64,000 bases of DNA, taken from assembly GCA_951406725.2 (NCBI GenBank), contig OX597814.1:129270001-129334000 (forward strand), given 5' to 3'. Position 1 is the stretch's first letter; each line of letters opens with the position of its first letter. The position numbers and the translations under genes were made by a program. Shown piece after piece: positions 52,611-64,000 of this stretch. The notes beneath the pieces are model-generated. The model searched no databases and was not told the DNA's origin. It saw nothing but the letters and a program-made list of their open reading frames with translations. The stretch comes from Octopus vulgaris. Taxonomy: Eukaryota.

Positions 52611-54056
52611 TAACATGCATCATTACAGCAAAACAACCCAGTATAATGAACCAATAAAACTCCCTCTACATAGTTGCTCAATCTGTTAAAAATATCAGAC
52701 AAATTTTCCTCAAACTAACCTTAGAGAACACATTGGATAATGTGATCCTAATCACACAATGCCTTGAAAAATCGATGTGCTGATCATGGCTGGAACATCT
52801 ATGATCAGGTCTGCTTAGGGGCTAAATGAGAATATATGATGTGTAGTGTAGCTTGAATTATAGATCATATTGAGGGGTTTTAGCTGTTAGTGGCTTTTAA
52901 CCATAAATAGTTTATTCATAATATTCATGTTTTTCTCTTTTGTATTAAAATGCTTTTTCTTTTTTCTTTCTTTTTTTTTTTTAAGTAATATATAAATTTT
53001 TGGATTTTTTGTCTTCAGTATATTTTTAAAATTGTAAAATGAAAGAGAAAAAAAGAATAATCTTATTTGCAGGCATTGTTACCAAAAATTGATAATACCT
53101 TAATACCCTTTAGCTTTTCCTATTGCTTCATATTACCATACGGCACAAAAGCAGCTTACACTACTAACACGAAATGCCAAATGCACCAAAAAAGAAAAAG
53201 AAATGAGACCAGCAAAGAAACAAATTCTTGCGCTTCTAATTTTCATCTCTTAAATATTCATTTTTACTTTAAATATTTTAATCGAATGGTATGAAATCAG
53301 TACATAGATTTATTATTATTTATTATTATCATTATTATTATTATTATTTCCCAAAAACTAATGGCATGATTAATACACATAACATTCCTGGTACATTCAC
53401 AGTTTATTTCTAGAATTAGTATATATCATTTTCTGATAACATGAAATTTTTACATTTTAACATCAAATTCATAAAAATTTACACCATCAATATTCCATAA
53501 ATTATAACCAGAATTAATAACATAATGAAACCTGCAGAATGAATTTGAGTTTGGTTGTGTTTATAATGTAATTAAGAATATATATCAAAAGATTTAAATA
53601 TGATATAAATCTTCATGATATAGCTGTATCATTGTTTGTTATATAATACAATTGTGATATCTGAAGTTTTGCACGTGGCATTATTCCAACTCTTAATATC
53701 CAGTGTTTTTTGTCTTTTTCCCCCTTTATTATACATAATATGAATATTCTTATTCACAGTATATTTAGGCCTTAAATATGCAATGTTTATGAATATTATT
53801 TTTTGTATAAATTATGAGTTTATGATATCCAAAGTTCCTGATATATACCTAAATTCACTGCTTACAATATCCAAATAAAGAAAGGCTTTCATATGCATGT
53901 AAAATTATATATAAAAAAAAAAGATTGTGAGACAATGCTGTAAAAAAAAAAAATCAAGCCAAAAATAATAAGGCAATATTTTATTTCTTCATACATATAC
54001 ACACATCATATATATATGTGTGTGTGTATATATGTGAATGTATATATATATATATG

Positions 54057-54063
<7 letters not shown>

Positions 54064-54087
<24 letters not shown>

Positions 54088-54252
54088 TGTGTACAGTGCT
54101 CAGGTGCACTACAACTCATCTAAAGTGTATATATAATCAGGTGTAGTATATCGTACGGATTTCGGGAATATATATGCCTTAAATATATAGTGTCATGGCA
54201 GTCATACAATGACGTATATAGTTTATTCCATGCTTCAGCATATGAGCGTAAA
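54064..54252 (-). mobile_element. Degraded LINE 3' end (CR1/L2-like)
   Basis: Minus strand AEAWNKL motif followed by a short UTR and (TAT)n tail. Confidence 0.4.
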
Positions 54253-55045
<793 letters not shown>

Positions 55046-56245
55046 TACACATGCACTTATATATATTACGTTAGAAAAGTATGTTTAAAACTGGTGGGAG
55101 ATAATCACAATTATACTGTGACGTTTTTACAAGTTATAAATATTTATTATTAAAAATATAGGATAATAATTTATAATATGTTAAATTATTAATAATAATA
55201 ATAATATTGATTGTAAAAAAAGTTATTTATATGTATTCAATCTTCATAAACTATCTCTATCTCATCTAAAAGATATAGGATAGATAACTTTCACTCACGA
55301 TATGGTTCAACATTCCATAATAATAATAATAATATCTGATCTGTGAACACCAAAAGCTTATTTATACTGTATTGCAATATATGATGAATGAATACATGAT
55401 GTGGTTCAAAAAGATTTCATGATTAAAAACAAACACATGGAATAGTCATTCTGTTATTCTAAGTACGTTTTATCTTATGGAATATTATCAGATTTTATTT
55501 ATGTTTGTATAGAAAATAGAAGAACTGGAGGAATAGTATAGTATTCATAGATTAAATGTTGCTTTAACATTTGTATTTCAGTATAAATAAAAGTATAATT
55601 ATGTATTTTCATATATTTCCTCTCCATGTTGAATGTTTTCTAATATTTATACAATTTTGAAATCATGGTTATTGACATATAGGTGGAACCATAGCTGTGT
55701 GGTTAAAAAGCTTGTTTTGCAACTATACTACTTCAGGTTCAAGTCCTACTGCATGGCATCTTGAGCATTTGTCTTCTACTACAGACCTGAGTTGACAAAT
55801 GCCTTGTGAATGAATTTAACAGGTGGAAATTGTGTGGAAGCTGATATATATATATATATATATAAATTAGGGAAGAGCCACCATGTAGCAATTCAGCAAT
55901 GATATACTTAAATCATACCATATAGAAAAAAATTAAAGATACGATAAAACATTTACCTAGAACTTTTTGGGCATTGAGACTCCTCCAAGCCATGCCTGCA
56001 TGGAAAAAGGATGTAAAAATGATAACAATGACACACACACACACACACAAACACATGTATACACATATAATATACACAGGCATATACATTTGCATACTGT
56101 GTTTTGAGATGTTTAAAAAAATAATCCATGTATTGTTGAATTGCTACATGTTGGTTCTTTTCAAATTTATATGCATGTATTATATATTGTGAAATTTGAT
56201 TTAGTATTACTAAATTGAATTTTTCCCTATAAGTTTGGAAATCCC

Positions 56246-56294
<49 letters not shown>

Positions 56295-56944
56295 CTATGT
56301 GTGTGTTTTGGATTGTTTTTGTCACCCTGTGAACACTTGACAGCAGGTGTGACTTTGTTTATGTTCCCAAACATGGTGATTCAACAAATGTGACCAATAG
56401 AATAAATACCAGCCTTTAAAAGAAAGTACCTAGATCAATTTGTTTGACTAAAACCCTCCAAGTCAGTGTTCCAGCATGGCTGCAGTCCAATGACTGATAC
56501 ATTTAGACTTCTAAGTATGGTTATGCTTAACCTGAAAACTGCATGTGTACAAATGTACAAATGCATGCACATATACAGACACTTGTGTATGATTTCTTTT
56601 TTAAATCCTATAAAATCTTACTAACCCTACCTTTTAAACCCTATTTATGACTTTCAGGCAGTTACTGAGGCAAAAAATATTGTTTAGCCATGTACCCCAT
56701 CATAGGTAGCAAGTAGTTTATATTTTGATGTTAAATCTGCATGTATTTTCATTTTGTGGAAACAAATGAAAAAATATATGGATTATTTTTTTTTTTAACA
56801 TCTCAAAACACAGTATGTAAATGTATATGCCTGTATGTATTATATGTGTATACATGTGTTTGTGTGTGTGTGTGTGTGTCATTGTTATCATTTTTATATC
56901 CTTTTCACATGCTGGCATGACCTGGAGGAGTCTCAATGCCCAAG

Positions 56945-57300
56945 GTCGTTCCTATTCAGAGTTACTACCCTTCTTACTCGCACATCTGCATGTTGTATGG
57001 ATGGATGGATCTTTGTGTGAGACAACTGTTGTTATCGTTAGGCCTAACTCATTGTAAAGTCAATACCACCATGACCGATATCCAAACTACGGTGGAGAAG
57101 GCTAGCCACTGGATTTGGTTAAAAAGAGATGATGAGCGATGGCTAGAAGAATATTGAGCTTTATTTGATAACCAGTTAGGGGAGGGGGGTGCGCATTGAT
57201 GCCGTCGAGAGGTAGGCCCCGAAACGGCGCACATTCTCTCTTGATGACCCCATATACTTGCTGGCTTCCGGTATGCAGAGTTTTTGACTGGTAGCACTTG
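56945..57300 (+). mobile_element. HERO-like (RLE) non-LTR retrotransposon 3' fragment
   Basis: C-terminal peptide ..LGL..IQTTVEKASHWIWLKRDDERW resembles HERO-clade ends; GC-rich structured 3' UTR. Confidence 0.6.
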
Positions 57301-58080
57301 CATGTGCAAGTTGTTTCCAAGACATCTAAGTATTCTGTTGTTCAGTCAGCTGATTACTTGCTTTTTGAATTTAAGTAGCTGAGCATTACACAAGATATAT
57401 GTCACCTTAATGTGATTCCTAATTAGAATCAACATGACACAGTGTGTGACAAGGCTGTACCTCCTGTGAATTACATGTATAATCCATCTGATGAGCTTTT
57501 GTACAGTTTTTGTTGACTCAGTTTTACTCGCAAAATACTGGTTAACTCAAGCAAAAGAAAATTACAGAAAACCATGTGTATACGCACATTCTCAGTTATA
57601 TATTGGAAGGGGCATTCTGTTAATAAAAACACACACTGGTTGTTGTTTATTTCTTTATTGTTAATTAGTTAATTAATCATCGGTTTGTCAAGGTCTCTCA
57701 CCACACAATTGTGATCTTTTCACTATCCTGACAGTTTAAGAAACCACCTACCATGAAACTTCAAAATAACCCTTGTCCCCTTATATGTGTGTGGGATACA
57801 TGTATCTGTGTTGTACACACACACACTTATATAATTTTTTATTAGTGGAAATTGAAGTAGATAAAGTAATAATAGATAAATATTGGGTTAAAACCTCTTT
57901 TGGATAGAAAATGACAAAGGCTGTTCCCCGTGAGATTTGAACCCACATCTTCTGTGAACATGACAGATATTCTACAATTGGACCAAAGCAATTCTTATGG
58001 ATGATAGGGGAGAAGATGTACAGAATATGAAGGTCTTCTAGCATTTTCTCCTGTCATCTGGTGTGCTGAGTGATTAAAAT

Positions 58081-58310
58081 GAAATACCTATTTCTTTACT
58101 ACCCACAAGGGGCTAAACACAGAGAGGACGAACAAGGACAGACACATGTATTAAGTCGATTATATCGACCCCAGTGCGTAACTGGTACTTAATTTATCGA
58201 CCCCAAAAGGATGAAAGGCAAAGTCGATCTCGGCGGAATTTGAACTCAGAACGTAACGGCAGACAGAATACCGCTAAGCATTTCACCCAGCATGCTAATG
58301 TTTCTGCCAG
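58081..58310 (-). mobile_element. SINE family C
   Basis: Matches the family consensus. Confidence 0.8.
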
Positions 58311-58603
58311 AGCCCTTGCTTTAGGGCTTCTCAAGCCTGTCAGCATTTTGTCAGGTCATATAGGACTCAATTTTTTTTATCTTGGTAACATGAGGCAAGA
58401 TTTGAACTTAGAATGCACAGCACCAATCCAAATACTACGAGGCATGCCACATGATGTTCTAACAATCCTGCTAAACCATCACCTGAGACTATTTTATCTA
58501 CACTAAAAAGGATTAATGACAGGGTTTACTTTGTTGGTATTTGAACTCAGAGTGAAGAGAAGCTGAACAAATATTGCACAGTATTCAATCCAATATTCTA
58601 TTA

Positions 58604-59232
58604 GGTGCAGGAGTGGCTGTGTGGTAAGTAGCTTGCTTATAGGCGGCGAGCTGGCAGAAACGTTAACACAGCCGTATTCCATCTGCCGTTACGTTCTGAG
58701 TTCAAATTCCGCCAAGGTCGACTTTGCCTTTCATCCTTTCGGGGTAGATAAATTAAGTACCAGTTACGCACTGGGGTCGATATAATCGACTTAATCCGTT
58801 TGTCTGTCCTTGTTTGTCCTCTCTAAAAAAAAAAATACTGCCTTCATGGCAAATTTAATGAATAAAAGTAGCTTGCTTACCAACCACATGGTTCCGGGTT
58901 CATTCCCACTGCATGACACCTTGGGCAAATGTCTTCTACTGTAGCCTCAGGCCGACAAAAGCCTTGTGAGTGGATTTGGTAGATGGAAACTGAAGGAAGC
59001 CTGTCGTATATATGTATGTGTGTATATGTTTGTGTGTCTGTGTTTGTCCCCCCAACATTGCTTGATGACCGATGGTGGGTTTTTTTTACATCCCCTTAAC
59101 TTAGCGGTTCGGCAAAAGAGACCGATAGAATAAGTACTAGGCTTACAAAGAATAAGCCCTGGGGTCGATTTGCTCTACTAAAGGCTGTGCTCCAGCATGG
59201 CCGCAGTCAAATGACTGAAACAAGTAAAAGAG
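58604..59232 (+). mobile_element. SINE family B interrupted by SINE family C (58640-58865) with 14-bp TSD
   Basis: AAGTAGCTTGCTTA at 58626-39 and 58866-79. Confidence 0.85.
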
Positions 59233-59520
59233 AGAGAGTAAGTCCACAACTGACCACATTTGTATGTGTGTGTATGCACCCTTCTCTCCATATATACGTG
59301 TGCGTGTATAGTAAGCTCAACTAACATGCATAAACATACATTGGAACCTATCGATATATTTCATAAACACTTGTTGTTCAAGATAAACATGTTTTGATGT
59401 TTGTTGTTGGACAGGAAAAAAAATTACATACAAAACAAATGATCTTTTACATCGTTCTTTCTCTTTCTACGCAAAATTTTTCCATTTATCTTTTATTCTT
59501 TACATTTTTTATTTGATTAG

Positions 59521-59663
59521 AACTGGTGCCATCCATGTTGGAGACAAGCTTCTGGCAATCAATGGCAACACAACCAGAGGATGTAATTTGTCTGAAGCTA
59601 TAAACATGTTGCAGCTTGCTGGAGATTTAGTGACGTTAAAAATCTCTCGAACTGTAGAAAAAA
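59521..59663 (+). CDS. GRIP1: GRIP-like exon I, PDZ6 C-half: TGAIHVGDKLLAINGNTTRGCNLSEAINMLQLAGDLVTLKISRTVEK
   Basis: Long pyrimidine tract then ttAG acceptor, GTAAGT donor 59664; 143 nt; matches GRIP TGAIHIGDRILAIN...LSEAIHLLQMAGETVTLKI. Confidence 0.95.
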
Positions 59664-60461
59664 GTAAGTGAGGAAATATGTGTCTTTTTTTCGCTTTCTT
59701 TTTCGATACTAGTATCAATATGTAGTGGAACTTCTCGGCGGTGAATTAGTTGGTTAGTTAGCGTCTATTTATTCCATTCTATGTGCTTCATTCTAGTCTA
59801 TTATAATGCCAGTCCAGGACTCTAGGTAGTAATATATCAATGTATTATACCAGTTAAAGAAAAGATAAATAGTTGAAGAGTTTAATAGTTCTTATATAAA
59901 ATGTCTCTATGCAAGCATCATTTGAGAATGTTTGAGGAATTCTTATATATTTCCATATATTATTTTGATTTTGTATTTGGTTTGTAAGATTCTTGATGTG
60001 AACTTATGCATTGAGACATATTCTGTTGTGTCACAAGAGGGCCATTATGCCAATAATAAACACACACACTGGTTGTGTTTCACCTCTTTATTTTTACTTA
60101 TCAATTGGTTAAATATTTAACCAATTAACTAATTGATTGTTTGATTAGTCATTCAGTCAGTCAATCAATTAGCTAAGTCTTTCATCATTTGCAATCTTAT
60201 AAATGATATGCTTTCTCTAAACCAGATCAACTTCAGGTCAATCTGTTTCAGACAGGCAAATATATTTATCATTAGAGCATGTATTTATCATAGAAAGAGT
60301 AGATAGATCTTTGGAAATTGTGTCTGTGATACTTGTTTGATTCTTTCTTGAGTTGTTTCCTTTAGCTTACTCCCCATACTTGCAATTCCTGTAAAGAGTT
60401 AAACATGTCGAAGAAGGATTGACTGTGTTGTCAGTTTGATTGTATTACAATAAATCTGAGA

Positions 60462-61118
60462 TCATCATCATTTAACGTCTGCTTTCCATGCTAGCATGGG
60501 TTGGACGTTTTGACTGAGGACTGGCAAACCAGATGGTTGCACCAGCTCCGGTCTGATCTGGCAGAGTTTCTACAGCTGGATGCCCTTCCTAACGCCAACC
60601 ACTCTGAGAATATAGTGGGTGCTTTTACGTGCCACTGGCATGAGGGCCAGTCAGGCGGTACTGGCAACGGTCATGCTCAGATGGTGTTTTTTACGTGCCA
60701 CTTGCACAAGAGCCAGTCCAGTGGCACTGGCAACGACCTCACTCAAAAGTTTTTTTTCAAATGCCACCAGCCCAAGTGCTGGTAAGGCAATGCTGGTAAT
60801 GATCACACTCGAATGGTGCTTTTAATATGGCACTGGCACAGAAGCTAGTTAGCTGCTCTGGCAACGATCCCGCTCAGATGGTGCTCTTAGCGCTCCACTA
60901 GCACGAATGCCAGTCATCGAATTTGATTTTGATTTCACTTTCCTCAACAGGTCTTCACAAGCAGAGTTTAGTGTCCAATGAAGGAAAGGTATGCATAAGT
61001 GGGCTGGTTACACCCCTGGCATAGGCCATGGGTTATGGTCTCACTTGGCTTGCTGGGTTTTCTCAAGCACAGCATATTTCCAAAGGTCTCAGTCACTAGT
61101 CATTGCTTTGGTGAGGCC
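60462..61118 (-). mobile_element. RTE-clade LINE 3' end (family A)
   Basis: (CAT)n tail, UTR subrepeats and ORF-tail remnant. Confidence 0.8.
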
Positions 61119-61877
61119 TGTTGTCTTAAATGTGCAAGAATGGCTGTGTGGTTAAAAAGCGTGCTTTGCAACCACATGGTCTCAGGTACAGTCCCACTGT
61201 GTGACACCTTGGGATAGTGCTGTTTACCATAACCTCTGGCCAACCAAAACCTTGTAAGTGAATTTGGTTGACAGAAACTGCATGGAAGCCTATCATGTGT
61301 GTGTGTGAGCATGCCTCTTGGTATTTGTCTCCCACCACCACTTGGTAACTGATGTTGGTTTGTTTACATCCCTGTAACTTAGTGTTTCAGCAAAAGAGGC
61401 CTGTAGAATAAGTGCTATACTTAGCCCTGTCACACAGTATTCACGCTATAACAGGAATAGGTTGGACGTCATCCCTGCTGGATTCCTGGTAAAGGGGTAA
61501 TGAATAACACATGTAGTAAAAGAATATGGAACAATTTTTATGCTCAGGAGCGCAAGTGGAGGGTAAAGTTAGACACAGGAGCCCAGGTCTGAGAGGGCTA
61601 GAAAATAAATACAGGGATTGAGTTGTTTATCTGAATACTTCAAGGCAGTGCCTCAGCATGGCCACGGTCCAATGACTGAGACAGATAAAAGATAAAAGGT
61701 TAATATAGTAAAGAATTTCTGTGCCTGGGTTTTCATCTATATTTTCGTAAAAATTGTGTAGATTAAACTTAACAATACTTCATTGTATTAGAAAAATTTT
61801 TGCGTTCATCTTTTTTTAAATATCTTTTTATTACTTTTATTTCTTACTTATATATTTATCTATCTATTATTTTAAAG

Positions 61878-61921
61878 CTACAACAAAGAAAAGGTTTGAA
61901 AATGGCAAGAGAGGTTATTCC
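61878..61921 (+). CDS. Probable 44-nt exon after PDZ6: (T)TTKKRFENGKRGYS
   Basis: About 70-nt T-rich tract, aAG acceptor, perfect GTAAGT donor at 61922, open in the phase-1 frame left by exon I; no homology support. Confidence 0.55.
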
Positions 61922-63104
61922 GTAAGTATTCTTGATTTACAGTTATTTTACTTTGAAAAGTATCACTTCTTTAATTGTGAATGAAACCTGTTAAGAAATA
62001 CAGGGTGTTACAGTTCCCTGAACAATATGGAGGTTTCTGCTAGCAGAGTTGTTAAAGCATTAGTCAAAATGCTAGCAATATTTCTTCTGGCTCTAGTTCT
62101 GGGGATCAGATAGAAGGGTTCATGTTATCAGCTTAACCCTCTTCTTAAAGTCGCTGACCTCATGTCAAAGTTTGAAACCATATGGAAACAAGCTAACAGA
62201 ATTGTTACCACATTAGATAAAACGCCTTGTGGTATTACTTTTGGCTCTTTATTATTTGGGTTCAAATCCCATTGGTGTCAGCTGTACTTTATATCTTTTC
62301 AGGATCAGCGAAATAAAATACCAGTCAAGAAGCAGGGTTGATGCTATTGACTGACTCCCTCCCCTCAAATCTTCTGGTAATCTTGTACCAAATTTTGAAA
62401 CTGTAAAGCTGTGAGCTGACAGAATTACTGGTGCATTGGACATAATAATGCCTTGTTGTCCTTTTTTGGGGGGCTCTTTACATTCTAGGACCAAATCCCA
62501 TTAAAGCCAACTTTCCCTTTCATCCTTTTGAAATCCATGAAATAAAGTGTGTCATGTATTGGGATCTATGTAATTGACTAACCACCTCCTCCTAAAAATT
62601 GCTGGCATTGTGCCAAAATTTGAAACAATCATTATTAAGGTAGCAAGGTGGCAGAATTGTTAGGACACCATACAAAATGCTTAATGGCATTTCGTCTGTC
62701 TTTACATTCTGAGTTCAAATTTTGCTGCAGTTGGCTTCACCTTTCAACCTTTTGGGGATTGATAAAATATGTACCAGTTAAGTATTGAGGCTGATGTAAT
62801 CGACTAGCCCTCTCCCTTGAAATTTCAGGCTTTGATCATTATTATTATTATTAAGGTGGTGAGCTGGCAGAATTGTTAACACACCGGGCAAAATGCTTAG
62901 CTGCATCTTGTCCATCTTCACATGCTGAGTTCAAATTCCACCGGGGTCGACTTTGCCTTTCATCTTTTTGGGGTTGATAAATTAAGTACCAGTAAAACAC
63001 TGGGGTCAATGTAATCTACTAGTTCCCTCCCCCAAAATTTCAGGCCTTGTGCCTATAGTAGAAAAGATTATTATTATTATTATTATTCGGATGGATGAGG
63101 AGAG

Positions 63105-63720
63105 ATGTGTGAAGAAGTACCACTCCCAAACAGTTGAAGTAGAGGTAGATCCAGGAAGACAAGGGATGAGGTGGTCAAGCATGACCTTTGAATGTTGGGC
63201 CTCACAGAGGCAGTGACAAAAGACCCTACCTCTGGCGATATGCTGTGACTCTGAAGACCTGACAAATGAAGTGAATTCATGGCTTGCAGGATGGCCTGCT
63301 GTGCTTACCTTGGATCGTAGGGCAACCTGCTGTGCTTGAGGAGACCTATTGAGTCAAGTACCTCAACATCAAAATATAAATCAAATGGAAATTGTAGTTG
63401 TGATACCCGTACTGGTGGCACGTAAAAAGCACCATTCGAATGTAGCCGATGCCAGCACTGCTTTGACTGGCATCTGTGCCAGTGGCACGTAAAAAGCACC
63501 AACTGATCGTGGCCATTGCCAGCCTCCTCTGGCCCCTGTGCCAGTGGCATGTAAAAAGTAATCACTACACTCATGGAGTGGTTGGCGTTAGGAAGGGCAT
63601 CCAGCTGTAGAAACATTGCCAGATCAGACTGGAGCCTAGTGCAGCCTCCTGGCTTCCCAGACCCCAGTCGAACCGTCCAACCTATGATAGCATGGAAAAT
63701 GTACGTTAAATGATTATTAT
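63105..63720 (+). mobile_element. RTE-clade LINE 3' end (family A)
   Basis: RGRSRKTRDEVVKHDL remnant, then UTR and tail. Confidence 0.8.
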
Positions 63721-64000
63721 TATTATTATTAAGACTGCGAGATGGTGGAATCATTACTGCACTGGAAAAATTGCTTAGCAGCATTTCCTCTGGATTTATG
63801 ATCCAAGTTCAAATGTTGCCGAGGTTATTTTGCCTTTCATCTTTTGTAAATAAGTACCGGTTGAGTACTGGGTTGATGTAATAACTTACTCTCACCCATG
63901 GACTTGGTGGACTTGTGCCAAAATTTGAACCCATCATCATCATCATAATTAGTACTATTATTATGACAAGCAGGCAGGAATGGTAGAGTTGGTAGAGCAG

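Noticed and set aside
57189-57252. Hammerhead in the HERO-like 3' UTR (GCCGUC, GAAACGGC, UUGAUGA)
   Set aside because: Motif order is not a valid circular permutation and no stem II can form; only a hairpin is supported
59509-59718. Minus-strand 69-aa ORF
   Set aside because: Antisense shadow of GRIP exon I

Overview
This is AT-rich, microsatellite- and repeat-dense eukaryotic (animal) DNA. The repeat content and gene structure suggest a cephalopod such as Octopus, but that is an inference. The window lies inside one + strand multi-exon gene encoding a GRIP1/GRIP2-like glutamate receptor-interacting multi-PDZ scaffold. Nine phase-compatible GT-AG exons (13143-59663) encode the C-half of PDZ3 through PDZ6, and a probable 44-nt tenth exon lies at 61878-61921. 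The introns hold at least three tRNA-headed SINE families, RTE-, R4/Dong- and HERO-like LINE fragments, mariner remnants, non-autonomous Helitrons, a Helentron/DINE-like element and a TTAA piggyBac-type MITE. The main unexplained signal is a set of palindromic, inverted or tandem non-coding elements carrying minimal type-I hammerhead-ribozyme-like folds (Penelope-like/retrozyme-like). Their cores show all three Watson-Crick variants seen here at the 3-8 tertiary pair (C3-G8, U3-A8, G3-C8). Also notable are a candidate restorative A-to-I recoding site in PDZ5 and candidate alternative splice sites. All folds and alignments were done by eye; no searches were run.
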